Source: Prochlorococcus sp. AG-679-M23
Lineage (GTDB): Bacteria; Cyanobacteriota; Cyanobacteriia; PCC-6307; Cyanobiaceae
Assembly: GCA_003208875.1 (NCBI GenBank)
Contig: QCUR01000006.1
Coordinates: 1 to 64,000 of the forward strand
Direction of reading: 5' to 3'
Length of the DNA stretch: 64,000 bases
The notes under the pieces were generated by a model that was not told the DNA's origin, did no database searches, and was given only the letters and a program-made list of their open reading frames with translations. Below, in pieces: positions 36,037-46,100 of this stretch. Numbering within the stretch: position 1 is the stretch's first letter; each line of letters starts with the position of its first letter. Position numbers and translations under genes: made by a program.

Positions 36037-36960
36037 AAAACTACAAAGTATTTCCATACTCTTATCCCATAGATTTTTTCTTTCTTTCTTATTTAGAGCA
36101 AATGGAGAAGTTGGAGATAATTTTGGATGACCTCTAAAATTGAATTTAGGTCCGTAATGGTCTCCTCCCTTTGCTTCAGGAGAAGTAGCAGCAAGTAATT
36201 GAGGTAAAGCGCCCATCTCTGCCGATTGAAAAATTGGACCAAATAGTTCTAAGGAGAAAGTTTCAATTGGACTTGGTTTCGGTTTCTGTGCAGAAAAAAG
36301 ATTTGTTTTTGCAATACCTGGATGAGCCGCCAAGGATAAAATATTTTTTTGCTCTAGTTTTTCATTTAACTCTAAAGCAAACATTACGTTAGCTAATTTA
36401 CTGTTAGCGTATGATTCCCACTTGTTATAGTAATTTTCTGCTTTAAGATTATTCCACCCAACTTTTCCAAAGAACTGAGCCCCTGAAGTTACTGTTACTA
36501 TTCTAGATTTTTCTTTCTTTTCGATTAAAGGAAGGAATTTTAGTGTTAAAAGCATATGTGCTAAATGATTGACCGCAAATTGAATTTCAAAACCCTGTTT
36601 ACTTAATGTTTTTGGCGGATGCATTATACCTGCATTGTTAATTAGCAAATCTAAGTTCTCAAACTCACTTGATATTTTTAATCCAATTTCACTTACATTA
36701 TTTAAATCTGATAGATCTAGTTCTATAGGAGTAAACTTACCTTTAGGATTTAGCGACTTTAATTTATCTATAGCCGAATTAGCCTTTTCTAAACTTCTGC
36801 AAGCAAGTAAAACATGTGCATTTTTTTCTGCTAGAGCTTTAGCGGTGTAATATCCAAGACCACTGTTTGCTCCAGTAATAAAAGCTGTTTTCCCATCTAA
36901 ATTGGGAATATCTGATATGGTCCAATTAGAATTTTTATTCCTGGAAATAGTGGCAGTCAT
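36031..36960 (-). CDS. Short-chain dehydrogenase/reductase
   Basis: TGANSGLG, NNAG, YANSK, AHPG. Confidence 0.93.
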   Translation of the reverse strand: MTATISRNKNSNWTISDIPNLDGKTAFITGANSGLGYYTAKALAEKNAHVLLACRSLEKANSAIDKLKSLNPKGKFTPIELDLSDLNNVSEIGLKISSEFENLDLLINNAGIMHPPKTLSKQGFEIQFAVNHLAHMLLTLKFLPLIEKKEKSRIVTVTSGAQFFGKVGWNNLKAENYYNKWESYANSKLANVMFALELNEKLEQKNILSLAAHPGIAKTNLFSAQKPKPSPIETFSLELFGPIFQSAEMGALPQLLAATSPEAKGGDHYGPKFNFRGHPKLSPTSPFALNKKERKNLWDKSMEILCSFL

Positions 36961-37145
36961 TTTCTAATTCTTCTAAGAGATATTGAAACTTAATTAAAAA
37001 TCAAGTTTGCTGAATATTTTTTATCGTAAATACATATGGTAAGGATCGTGAGTAGTTAAATGATTATTCGTTTTGTAATTTAATTAAAAAATTTCATTAA
37101 TTAAAAAATTACAATTTAAAAAAAAATTTTTTAGCATATTCAAAA

Positions 37146-38282
37146 ATGCCATTACTTTTAGATGCTCAGGAAAAGTGGGATGATTTTTTAGAGAACAAAA
37201 TCACAAACTACGAAAAACTTCGTAATTTTGATTATGGCCCAACTAATAAAAGCTCCGTTTCAAAATTATCACCTTATATATCCCATAGGGTTTTATTGGA
37301 ATATGAATTGCTTAAAGAGGTTAAAAAGAAATATCATTCTCAAAAGATTAATAAATTTGTTGAGGAGATTTATTGGAGAATTTATTGGCAAGGATGGATG
37401 GAAAATAGACCAAAGGTTTGGTGTAATTTTATTTCAGAAAACAATTATGAATATGATATTGCAACCTATGAAAAGGCAATAAATGGAAACTCAGAATTAG
37501 GTTTTTTCAATTCATGGGTTAATGAGTTAAAAACTTATAACTACTTACACAATCATACTCGTATGTGGTTTGCTAGTACTTGGATTTTTAATTTAGGTCT
37601 GCCATGGCAATTAGGCGCAAGTTTTTTCTTTAAACATCTTTATGATGGGGATGCTGCCTCGAATCTTTTGAGTTGGAGATGGGTTGCAGGATTACAAACA
37701 AAAGGAAAGCAATATCGTTTTTCACCAGCAAATCTAAGAAAATTTTCAAATAATAGATTCAATGTTGAAAAGATTAGTAATAGGCAAATCTTTCTTGAAG
37801 AAAAAAATCAAATCCCATTTGATGATGAGATTTATAAAAGCAATATGGAACCAAAGTCAGAAACCCTTATATTATTTGAAAACGATTTACATGTTTCAAC
37901 TCTTGAAAATACCTTACGAAATTACAAGAGCGTTTTTGTTATCCTACTAAGTAATGATCAAAGAAAAATAAAATTATCTGAAGCAGTTCTGAGTTTCAAA
38001 CAACTCATAGTACTTGAATTCATAAAGCAATTTAATAATGTTACTCAGATTGATCCCTTAAAACTAAAAGAGACGTTGGTTGATATTGATCAGTTAGATA
38101 TGATTTATCCTGGTGTTGGTGAAAATAACGACTTTATAAATAGTTTTAAGAAGTTAAATAATAAGGTGATTTTTAATTTAGTAAGAGATCAAGACTTATT
38201 TGCTTGGAAGTTTGCCAAAAAAGGGTTCTTTAAATTCAAAGAAAATATACCCAAAATTAATCAATATGTTTTTCAAAATTAG
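37146..38282 (+). CDS. Photolyase with N-terminal FAD-binding domain (inverted domain order)
   Basis: SKLSPYI, YLHNHTRMWFAS, DGDAASN..SWRWVAGL all within the first ~190 aa. Confidence 0.85.
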   Translation: MPLLLDAQEKWDDFLENKITNYEKLRNFDYGPTNKSSVSKLSPYISHRVLLEYELLKEVKKKYHSQKINKFVEEIYWRIYWQGWMENRPKVWCNFISENNYEYDIATYEKAINGNSELGFFNSWVNELKTYNYLHNHTRMWFASTWIFNLGLPWQLGASFFFKHLYDGDAASNLLSWRWVAGLQTKGKQYRFSPANLRKFSNNRFNVEKISNRQIFLEEKNQIPFDDEIYKSNMEPKSETLILFENDLHVSTLENTLRNYKSVFVILLSNDQRKIKLSEAVLSFKQLIVLEFIKQFNNVTQIDPLKLKETLVDIDQLDMIYPGVGENNDFINSFKKLNNKVIFNLVRDQDLFAWKFAKKGFFKFKENIPKINQYVFQN

Positions 38283-38347
38283 TAATGGAAATTTTTGAAA
38301 GATGATAGCTTTTTAAAAAGCAAAAAATTTTGAAATACGCATAAAAC

Positions 38348-38363
38348 TAAGTATAAATACTTA
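38348..38363. promoter_or_regulatory. Palindromic operator TAAGTA-TAAA-TACTTA
   Basis: Perfect arms, 77 bp upstream of the DoxX gene. Confidence 0.6.
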
Positions 38364-38440
38364 ATTAAAGATCAGTTTTATGGTTTAATCCACGATGAAT
38401 AATATGGCTAGTTATTTTTACTTAAGAAATACATCTTATA

Positions 38441-39001
38441 GTGCTTTCAACAATTCTTACAAAATCATTCAGCAAAGATACAGCTTTATTAATCCTAAGA
38501 GTAATTACTGGTACAGTTTTAATACATCATGGATTTGAAAAGCTAGCTAATATAGAGAATTTTGCTGATGCTTTTGTCAGACCACTACACTTACCTTTCC
38601 CAATATTTTTATCATATGTAGCTGCATTTTCAGAAATTGGTGGAAGCTGGTTATTAATACTTGGTTTAGCTACAAGATTTGGTGCGTTAGCAATAGTTGG
38701 TACTATATCGGTTGCTATATATCATGCTCTAGTAACATCGGGTTTTAATATTTTCTTGTTAGAACTTTTACTACTTTATTTCGCTTCAGCTACCTCAATA
38801 GCCTTAACAGGTCCTGGAGATTTTTCAATTGATGAAGTAATTATAAGAGTATTGAGATCTGAATCTGATGATGAAGATATTCAAGAAACAATAAAAACTA
38901 AAACTAATTCTGGTAAATCAATCAGTCAAGAGGAATCAACCAACAAAGGTGGTATTTTCCAATTCCTACAAGCAAACTTACTATCAGATACTTCAAATTA
39001 A
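38441..39001 (+). CDS. DoxX family membrane protein
   Basis: LLILR, HG.EKL, E..G..LL.LGL.TR, GPG.FSID. Confidence 0.9.
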   Translation: MLSTILTKSFSKDTALLILRVITGTVLIHHGFEKLANIENFADAFVRPLHLPFPIFLSYVAAFSEIGGSWLLILGLATRFGALAIVGTISVAIYHALVTSGFNIFLLELLLLYFASATSIALTGPGDFSIDEVIIRVLRSESDDEDIQETIKTKTNSGKSISQEESTNKGGIFQFLQANLLSDTSN

Positions 39002-39201
39002 ATTTTTGGATAAAGACTATCAATAAATTCCTGTTTTTTTTGTAAAGAATTTATTTTTTCAAATTTAATTTTTAAAGTCGCTTCAGATAAACTTAAGAAA
39101 AGTCCTAAAGCCGTTACCCAAGATAAAAAGATTAGAGGATTTTCTGGAATTTCTGAGAAATTCATATGTTTAATATTTCTTTTATAAAACTGACCGATCA
39201 A
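38998..39201 (-). CDS. Small hypothetical membrane protein (start probably internal ATG)
   Basis: One TM segment. Confidence 0.5.
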   Translation of the reverse strand: MIGQFYKRNIKHMNFSEIPENPLIFLSWVTALGLFLSLSEATLKIKFEKINSLQKKQEFIDSLYPKI

Positions 39202-39240
39202 TTTAATTTTTTCAACCTAAGTAAACAATTTAGAAATATT

Positions 39241-39792
39241 TTATGGATTTATTTCCATTTCTACCCAATTATTTTCCTTATGCCAGACATACCTCTTGTG
39301 GATAGGCGTTACTAATTTAAGGAGATCTACAGAATATATTTCAAATTCTAATACAACAAAACTTTCTGGTTTTTTTAAATCACTAGAATTTATTTGAGAA
39401 GTGCAAATATTTTTATTAATCTGTTTTCCTGGATGTTGCCAAAACCAAGTTGATTTGGATCTATCTGATAAAGAATCCCAATATTTTATATTTTCCTTTA
39501 ACTCCCTCATTTTTCCTTTAAATCGGAATTGTGATTTACTTTTATAAAAAAGCCATAAAACTTCTGCGTTGGGATTCAATTTTAATTGAGCAACTTTTTC
39601 GCTGCGACTATCAGTAAAAACAAGGATTGAACTTTCAGTTTGCCATCCTCTAAAAACTACCGTACGTAATCTAGGTTCGTTATTCCCGTTAATAGTACAA
39701 AGCTGAAACCACCTACTTGAGGGTAATTTACCTTCTTTTTTTCTTGCAGCCTTTAACTCCTGCCTCCATATTGGAATTTTAATTTCCTTCAT
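39241..39792 (-). CDS. Pyridoxamine 5'-phosphate oxidase-like FMN-binding protein
   Basis: QL.T, PRLRTVVFRG, TD.RS.K, QFR..G, EINP. Confidence 0.88.
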   Translation of the reverse strand: MKEIKIPIWRQELKAARKKEGKLPSSRWFQLCTINGNNEPRLRTVVFRGWQTESSILVFTDSRSEKVAQLKLNPNAEVLWLFYKSKSQFRFKGKMRELKENIKYWDSLSDRSKSTWFWQHPGKQINKNICTSQINSSDLKKPESFVVLEFEIYSVDLLKLVTPIHKRYVWHKENNWVEMEINP

Positions 39793-40402
39793 TAAATTTG
39801 GGTAAAAGTAAACCACTTATTCGCTTATATTCAGCAAATGAAGCATATTTTGTAAGTGACTTGTCCTTTTTTAGCATTCTTGGTAGAAAGACTCCAAAGA
39901 AAAATAAAGCAAGAATAGCAAAAGGTATAAAACTCACAGAAAGGATGGCAAATGATAAATAAATTAGTATTTCACCGAGGTAATTTGTATTTCTTATATT
40001 TTTGAAAAACCCATAATTAATAAGTTCTTTTTTGATTTTAAGAGTGAAATATTTTTGAGCATCACTTGCAAAATGAAGAAAAACACCAATTATATTTATT
40101 GAAATAGAAGTTGCAATTATGGGATATGAAACTGATTTTTGGGAGGAAATGAGAATAAATGGGGCTATCCAGTAACTACCAAGAAAAATAAACCCGGTAA
40201 TTGAAGTGATTAGATTTATTTTTTCTTTAAAATATGGATCTGGAAATATTTTTTCTTTTAACAACCAAAGTATTCCATAAGTTCCATGCAAAGATAAATA
40301 AACCCATGCAGCAATTGAATAATTTTTATAAAACATCATTAACCCTGCTACAACAAACACAGTTAAACCTTTATGTAAGTTAATTATTTGATTGAGTTTC
40401 AT
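39779..40402 (-). CDS. DUF1295 / steroid 5-alpha-reductase-like membrane protein
   Basis: SDAQK, G.F...RN.NYLGE. Confidence 0.8.
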   Translation of the reverse strand: MKLNQIINLHKGLTVFVVAGLMMFYKNYSIAAWVYLSLHGTYGILWLLKEKIFPDPYFKEKINLITSITGFIFLGSYWIAPFILISSQKSVSYPIIATSISINIIGVFLHFASDAQKYFTLKIKKELINYGFFKNIRNTNYLGEILIYLSFAILSVSFIPFAILALFFFGVFLPRMLKKDKSLTKYASFAEYKRISGLLLPKFNEGN

Positions 40403-40467
40403 TTTCTAATTAATCTAAAAAACGAAAGTATTATTTGTGGATCTTCTTGCATTCATCAATAATCTAA

Positions 40468-40539
40468 TGGGCGATACTGGATTCGAACCAGTGACCACTA
40501 CCTTGTCGAGGTAATGCTCTACCGCTGAGCTAATCGCCC
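40468..40539 (-). tRNA. trnV: tRNA-Val(GAC)
   Basis: GGGCGATTAGCTCAGCGGTAGAGCATTACCTCGACAAGGTAGTGGTCACTGGTTCGAATCCAGTATCGCCCA folds into a full cloverleaf; CCA not encoded. Confidence 0.95.
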
Positions 40540-40594
40540 TTTTTAAAAAGTCAAATATTTTGACTCCCCTATATGAAAATAGCAGCTCAAGGAT

Positions 40595-41386
40595 TCATTT
40601 TCTAAGTAACTTAATTTTCCATCTTTCTCTTTTGGTTATTTCTAAATCTAGAATTTCAATAAACCCTTTATTATCAAGTTGAAGTTTGTCGCCAACTTTT
40701 AAACTAATAGTACCTTTTTTTACTGTCTTACCATTTAATTTGAGCATTCCACTTTCTATCCTTTCCAAAATTTTGTTCCTAGAGATTCGGAAACCTGCAG
40801 AAGCTATTGCATCGATCCTTGTTGAAGCCTCTACCGTATTAATTATTTTTTTTAATCTCCCAACAGGTATTTGTAATTCATCTAAACATACTATTTTTAT
40901 TTTTACTTTTACATCTCTTAGGGAGAAAATCTTTTCATCTAAGAATTCAATTTTTGAATCGTCGATTATTCCTTGAGCGCCTCTATCTCCTATGGTCCAA
41001 ATATCACCAATTCTTTCTTCCCTCAATCCATTATCCACTAATAAAGATCTAAAATCATCCTGAGTTGCGTTGTCAAATAAAAAATTACCATTCATTTGAA
41101 TACCTTTCGCAGGGAAATCTTTAATTAGTTCATTTTTCTCAGGGGTATTATCTTCTCTAAAACATGCAATCTTGGATCTTTGGGCTGAATTATATCCTCC
41201 AAAAACAAAAAATTTAAAATCATTTAAATTTTCAAATTCTTTCAAGATTTCTTCACACACAAATGTTGAATTAAACCCAGTCCAATATGTTTGCCATTGT
41301 TTTAAAGATAAATTAGAAATATTTATTAATTCCTCAATTTCTTTTTTGTAATTTGAATTTATTAATAATTCCTTCAAGTCAATCAT
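40595..41386 (-). CDS. Photosystem II S4-domain protein (YlmH-like)
   Basis: GGY..A.R, GNFLFD, IGDI, EAS.R.DAIASAGF.ISR. Confidence 0.9.
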   Translation of the reverse strand: MIDLKELLINSNYKKEIEELINISNLSLKQWQTYWTGFNSTFVCEEILKEFENLNDFKFFVFGGYNSAQRSKIACFREDNTPEKNELIKDFPAKGIQMNGNFLFDNATQDDFRSLLVDNGLREERIGDIWTIGDRGAQGIIDDSKIEFLDEKIFSLRDVKVKIKIVCLDELQIPVGRLKKIINTVEASTRIDAIASAGFRISRNKILERIESGMLKLNGKTVKKGTISLKVGDKLQLDNKGFIEILDLEITKRERWKIKLLRK

Positions 41387-41953
41387 TTAGCCTTCTATAA
41401 AAATTATGTCTCTGGGGTCTGATTGTTTTATTAAAGCCCAAGGTAACTCAGTTCCTATTTGATTTTCAAGAAGAATAAGCCATTTCCCTTCTTTATTGAA
41501 ATCAATAATAGATCTCAACTCTTTATTTCTATTAACGTTAATACTTGCTGAAGATACAATGCTACCTAAATATCCTGAGCCCATACCCAAAAGACCCCCC
41601 ATGAAAGATTCTCCTATATTGTTTAATCCAAGGAAGCTAAAAGTGGATAAGTTTGTCATATTAGAAAATGCTATGCCTGCTATAAAACCAAATGGCATTA
41701 GCCAATTACGCATATTTTTCTGTCTTATTTTCCTATCAAGTTTTGGATTTAGAATTCTTATGTTTTCAATTTCTTCAGATTTAAAGAAGCTATTTGTAGA
41801 TAAATTTAATAATTGTTGTTGATCAGGAGTTGTTTTTTCTTTAGATGGCAAAATTAATAAACATTCTGTTAGAAATATTGATTTGTCCTTAAAAACATTT
41901 AATAGATCAAGGCATTTTTCTAGCTCATTAAATATCACTATACTTTTAGTCAA
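41387..41953 (-). CDS. Conserved hypothetical membrane protein
   Basis: WLMPFGF.AG, GGLLGMGSG. Confidence 0.75.
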   Translation of the reverse strand: MTKSIVIFNELEKCLDLLNVFKDKSIFLTECLLILPSKEKTTPDQQQLLNLSTNSFFKSEEIENIRILNPKLDRKIRQKNMRNWLMPFGFIAGIAFSNMTNLSTFSFLGLNNIGESFMGGLLGMGSGYLGSIVSSASINVNRNKELRSIIDFNKEGKWLILLENQIGTELPWALIKQSDPRDIIFIEG

Positions 41954-42055
41954 TTTTCATTCCTCAAATGTTGGTTTGTTGATTCAAATTAATAAAACAA
42001 GATATCTCTACTATAGATTAAGTTAAAGTAAAAAAATTAAAGAACAACTCTTTAA

Positions 42056-43642
42056 ATGACAAAAGTTTTAATTACAGACCCAATTGATCAAACGGGAATT
42101 GATATTCTTTCCCAAGTCGCTCAAGTTGATCAGAAGATAGGAATCTCGAATTCTGAATTGTCATCTATTATCCATGATTATGATGCTCTTATGATACGCT
42201 CAGGCACTCAAGTTACAGGAGATATTATTAATTCTTCTAAGAAACTAAGAATAATTGGAAGAGCTGGGGTTGGTGTAGATAATGTGGATGTTAAGGCGGC
42301 TACTCAAAAGGGGGTACTTGTTGTTAATTCTCCGGGAGGCAATACCATAGCTGCTGCCGAGCATACAATTGCAATGATGTTGGCATTATCAAGAAATATA
42401 CCAATTGCAAATAGTAGTACTTTTTTGGGTAAATGGGAAAGAAAAAAATTTGTTGGTAATGAGTTGTTTAAGAAAAAGCTAGGTGTTGTAGGTTTAGGAA
42501 AAATAGGAACTCATGTCGCAAAAGTTGCCAATGCTCTTGGAATGGATGTTTATGGATATGATCCATTTGTTTCCTCAGAAAGAGCACAACAATTACAGGT
42601 CAGATTGTCCGAATTAAAAACATTGTTTGAGGAATCTGATTATGTAACTTTACATTTGCCGAGGACTTCAGAAACAGAAAACCTAGTAAATATGAAGGTG
42701 CTTAAAAGTATGAAAAAAAATGCAAAATTAATAAACTGTGCGCGTGGGGGAATAATTGATGAAGAAGCTTTAGCGGAGGCACTTAATAATTCATTGATAG
42801 GAGGGGCAGCTATTGATGTGTTTGCTAAAGAGCCATTAGAATCCAATTCACCACTACTTAAAGTTGATAAAAATTTAATCCTTACACCTCATTTAGGAGC
42901 ATCAACTAGGGAAGCTCAAGAGAATGTTGCTGTAGATGTTGCTGAACAAATAAGAGATGTTCTTTTGGGCCTTTCCGCACGAACAGCTGTAAATATTCCG
43001 GGTTTAAGTCCTGATATTATGGATAGCCTTAAACCTCATTTACAATTAGCTGAAACAATGGGCCTTTTAATAAGCCAACTTTCTGGAGGGCAAATTCAAA
43101 AGTTAGAGGTAAGGCTTCAAGGTGAATTTGTGCAGCATCCTTCAAAGCCTTTAATCATAGCCAGTTTAAAAGGTCTATTAAGTAAGGCTTTAGGTGATCG
43201 AATAAATTATGTTAACGCTTCTCTTGAAGCAGAGTCTAGAGGTATTTCAGTAGTTGAAAGTAAAGATGAGGCTAGACCGGAATTTGCTAGCGGTTCCCTT
43301 CAATTAACTACATTTGGAGATAATGGTGAGCATAGTGTTGCAGGAAGCATTTTTGCTGATGGCGAATTGAGAATAATTAGCATTGATCAATATCCAGTTA
43401 ATGTTTCTCCAAGTAGATTTATGCTTATAACTAGGCATAGAGATATGCCGGGTATTATTGGAAAGTTAGGTTCCCTCCTAGGGGACCACAATGTCAATAT
43501 TGCCTCAATGCAAGTTGGTAGAAAAATTGTCAGAGGAGAGGCTGTTATGGTTTTAAGTATTGATGATCCTATTCCTACAAAATTGCTTGAATCAATTCTT
43601 CAAGTTGAGGGCATCACTAGTTCTGATCCAGTGACCTTATAG
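42056..43642 (+). CDS. serA: D-3-phosphoglycerate dehydrogenase
   Basis: GRAGVGVDNVD, GLGKIG, TPHLGAST, C-terminal ACT domain. Confidence 0.97.
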   Translation: MTKVLITDPIDQTGIDILSQVAQVDQKIGISNSELSSIIHDYDALMIRSGTQVTGDIINSSKKLRIIGRAGVGVDNVDVKAATQKGVLVVNSPGGNTIAAAEHTIAMMLALSRNIPIANSSTFLGKWERKKFVGNELFKKKLGVVGLGKIGTHVAKVANALGMDVYGYDPFVSSERAQQLQVRLSELKTLFEESDYVTLHLPRTSETENLVNMKVLKSMKKNAKLINCARGGIIDEEALAEALNNSLIGGAAIDVFAKEPLESNSPLLKVDKNLILTPHLGASTREAQENVAVDVAEQIRDVLLGLSARTAVNIPGLSPDIMDSLKPHLQLAETMGLLISQLSGGQIQKLEVRLQGEFVQHPSKPLIIASLKGLLSKALGDRINYVNASLEAESRGISVVESKDEARPEFASGSLQLTTFGDNGEHSVAGSIFADGELRIISIDQYPVNVSPSRFMLITRHRDMPGIIGKLGSLLGDHNVNIASMQVGRKIVRGEAVMVLSIDDPIPTKLLESILQVEGITSSDPVTL

Positions 43643-43658
43643 ATAATTTGAGTATTTA

Positions 43659-44567
43659 ATGGAAATAAAAAATTGGTATGAACTTACCTTTGAAATAGAA
43701 ACTAATTTAGAAGAAATTATTATTTGGAAATTAAATGACTTAGGTATATCTAGTTACGCATTTGAAATTTTACTAAATAGTAAAAATAATAAAAAAGTAA
43801 TAATTTGGCTCCCAAATTTAAATTGGCCAGAAAGTTTAAGAATTAAACTTGTAAAAAATATTAAAGAGGTTTTAGATAAAAACAATTATCAAACCAATTG
43901 TTTTGAGTGGAATCTTATTGAACAAGAAGATTGGATATCAAGTTGGAAGAAATATTGGGGACCAGAACTTGTAGGAAAAAATTTACTTGTATTACCTTGT
44001 TGGCTTGAATTACCAGAGGAACATAAAAATAAGAAAGTTATTAAAATAGATCCTGGAGCAGCTTTTGGTACAGGAAGTCATCCCACGACATCTCTTTGCT
44101 TAGAAGAATTGGAAAAGATTTCATTATCTAGAAAGAAAATATTAGATATAGGTTCAGGTAGCGGTATTTTAAGTATTGCCGCTAGATCTTTTGGGGCTAG
44201 CAAGATTTATTCTATTGATAATGATTATCTGGCAATAAATTCCACTGAGTCTAATTTTCGGCTGAATTTTGGTAATCTTGATGATTTAAAAACATATTTA
44301 GGATCATTTGATGGTTTGGTTTCAAAATATACTTTGAAAAATTTTGATTTTATTTTGTGTAATATTCTTGCAGAAGTGATAAAAGGCATAATCCCTGACA
44401 TTCGTAATTGCCTTAAAATTGATGGAGAAGTTATTTTAAGTGGGATCTTGAATTCACAAAAAGATGAAATTATCAAATTATTAAAAGCTAGTAATTTACG
44501 AATAAATAATGTATCTTCTAAAAAAGATTGGGTGTGCATTACAGCACAAAAAATCCCCTTATCTTAA
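43659..44567 (+). CDS. prmA: Ribosomal protein L11 methyltransferase
   Basis: [24 protein letters not shown]. Confidence 0.96.
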   Translation: MEIKNWYELTFEIETNLEEIIIWKLNDLGISSYAFEILLNSKNNKKVIIWLPNLNWPESLRIKLVKNIKEVLDKNNYQTNCFEWNLIEQEDWISSWKKYWGPELVGKNLLVLPCWLELPEEHKNKKVIKIDPGAAFGTGSHPTTSLCLEELEKISLSRKKILDIGSGSGILSIAARSFGASKIYSIDNDYLAINSTESNFRLNFGNLDDLKTYLGSFDGLVSKYTLKNFDFILCNILAEVIKGIIPDIRNCLKIDGEVILSGILNSQKDEIIKLLKASNLRINNVSSKKDWVCITAQKIPLS

Positions 44568-44705
44568 AAATACATAAGTTTTTCTAATGTAACCCCCTTT
44601 TCTCATTGCATTGTTTCATTTTTTACACCCTTTACACACAAATGCTTACAAACAATGTTAAAAAAGTATTAACGGTAAATTCTTTACCATCAATTTTTAA
44701 ATTAA

Positions 44706-45005
44706 ATGGCTTCCTACAAAGTTACACTTATCAGTGAAAGTGAAGGTCTCAATTCTACGATTGAAGTACCTGATGATCAGTACATTCTAGATGCTGCTGA
44801 AGAACAAGGCGTTGATCTGCCGTATTCCTGCAGAGCAGGAGCTTGTTCTACTTGTGCGGGTAAAATCACATCTGGAACTGTTGATCAATCTGATCAAAGT
44901 TTTTTAGATGATGATCAACTTGAAGCTGGCTTTGTCCTTACCTGTGTTGCATATCCATCTTCAGATGTAACGATTAATACTCATGCTGAAGAAGAACTTT
45001 ATTAA
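44706..45005 (+). CDS. petF: Plant-type [2Fe-2S] ferredoxin
   Basis: [20 protein letters not shown]. Confidence 0.98.
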   Translation: MASYKVTLISESEGLNSTIEVPDDQYILDAAEEQGVDLPYSCRAGACSTCAGKITSGTVDQSDQSFLDDDQLEAGFVLTCVAYPSSDVTINTHAEEELY

Positions 45006-45050
45006 TTTATAAAAAATAACTCTAATAGGTTGTTTTATTAAATTTTTTCT

Positions 45051-45078
45051 GCCACTCTCATATGAGGTGGCTTTTTTT
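45051..45078 (+). terminator. Intrinsic terminator after petF
   Basis: GCCAC(T)CTCA-TA-TGAGGTGGC followed by T7. Confidence 0.8.
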
Positions 45079-45087
45079 ATGAGATAA

Positions 45088-45453
45088 ATGAATAAATTTC
45101 AATTTTTTAAAACCGATGCAATTCAATCAAGTTACGGTGGCCAATTCAGCTATAAAGTGATTGGACCATGTTGTAGGTTATATGATAGAGAAGAGTTACC
45201 TTGGCCTTGTTCTAGGCTTGCTTGGCGCAGTAAAGAGCCCAGTTGGAGAAGAATAGGCTCTCGATTTGTCGCAGATATGGCCTCAAGGAAATGTCCATCG
45301 TATTCAGTTCAAATTTTAGAGCCAGGATCAAAACCTGTAGAAACGGTCATCACTCTCTTCTCAAAGAAGTTTTCTTCAGAAATTCAAGAATGGTGGTATA
45401 GCAAAAAACCAGGTTCAAAAGAACCTGGTAATGTGTTGCCAGAAAGTATTTAA
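45088..45453 (+). CDS. Conserved hypothetical protein
   Basis: 121-aa Trp/Cys-rich ORF in core context. Confidence 0.75.
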   Translation: MNKFQFFKTDAIQSSYGGQFSYKVIGPCCRLYDREELPWPCSRLAWRSKEPSWRRIGSRFVADMASRKCPSYSVQILEPGSKPVETVITLFSKKFSSEIQEWWYSKKPGSKEPGNVLPESI

Positions 45454-45462
45454 ATTATTTTT

Positions 45463-46041
45463 TTAAGCTTTTGGTTTTGGAGGCATATAACCCTTTAAAC
45501 CTGAGCATTCAAGACTGTCAACTGTATCCACGCCAGTTTTTGAATTAGTACCTGTTGCTCTCTCACATAATGATTTCCTCTCAGAAAGATCAAGATTGGC
45601 GTCAGTAAAGTCTGTTCCATCTATAGTTGCCCCATTAAAAACACTTTTCATTAGCTCTCCATTTGTAAGATTTGCATCTGATAAATCAGCATTATCAAAA
45701 CGTACGGCATAAGCAATAAGATCTTTCATGTTTGCGCCTTTGAAACTAGAGTTCTTGGCAGTTGTTACGCTCATATAGGCACCTTGTAGGTTGGCTTCGC
45801 CTAAATCTTGATTAGATAAATCATATTTTACATATTCATTATTTTGAAGATCTGCACCATGAAGATCTTCTTTCAATCCATCTACCGATGAAGGATCACT
45901 TGGATAAAGTGCATTTGCAGAGATTGGATTAAGAAGTAAACCAATAATCAATGGAAGAAAAATAAGAAGTCTTTTGAAAGACTTGTTTAGTGATGAAAAA
46001 ATAGAAACCATTTCGATCGACATCAAATTAAAAAAAACCAT
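45463..46041 (-). CDS. Pentapeptide-repeat protein with signal peptide
   Basis: A(D/N)Lxx repeats; LC..A.G.N..TG..T..SL.C. Confidence 0.9.
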   Translation of the reverse strand: MVFFNLMSIEMVSIFSSLNKSFKRLLIFLPLIIGLLLNPISANALYPSDPSSVDGLKEDLHGADLQNNEYVKYDLSNQDLGEANLQGAYMSVTTAKNSSFKGANMKDLIAYAVRFDNADLSDANLTNGELMKSVFNGATIDGTDFTDANLDLSERKSLCERATGTNSKTGVDTVDSLECSGLKGYMPPKPKA

Positions 46042-46100
46042 AAGACTATTATTTCATGGGTTGGTCATTTACAACCCTACTGCTCACGAACTGTTGCAGT

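Larger units (their letters stand above)
1..40467. other. Genomic island / hypervariable stress region bounded by the 3' end of tRNA-Val (left limit outside window)
   Basis: Long AT-rich spacers, many short hypothetical ORFs, hli genes and a recombinase remnant, versus the compact core gene order right of the tRNA; murD is embedded, so the boundary is fuzzy. Confidence 0.7.

Noticed and set aside
1..40467. att-like duplicate of the tRNA-Val 3' end, IS/transposase, prophage genes or CRISPR array
   Set aside because: None seen by eye; no regularly spaced repeats or cas genes. A short degenerate att copy could have been missed
13244..43640. Isolated TAAATACT/AGTATTTA half-sites (e.g. near 13250, 14427, 22675, 23712, 27240, 37027) and N5 variants (19727, 27243)
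   Set aside because: AT-rich half-sites are expected by chance; excluded from the operator set
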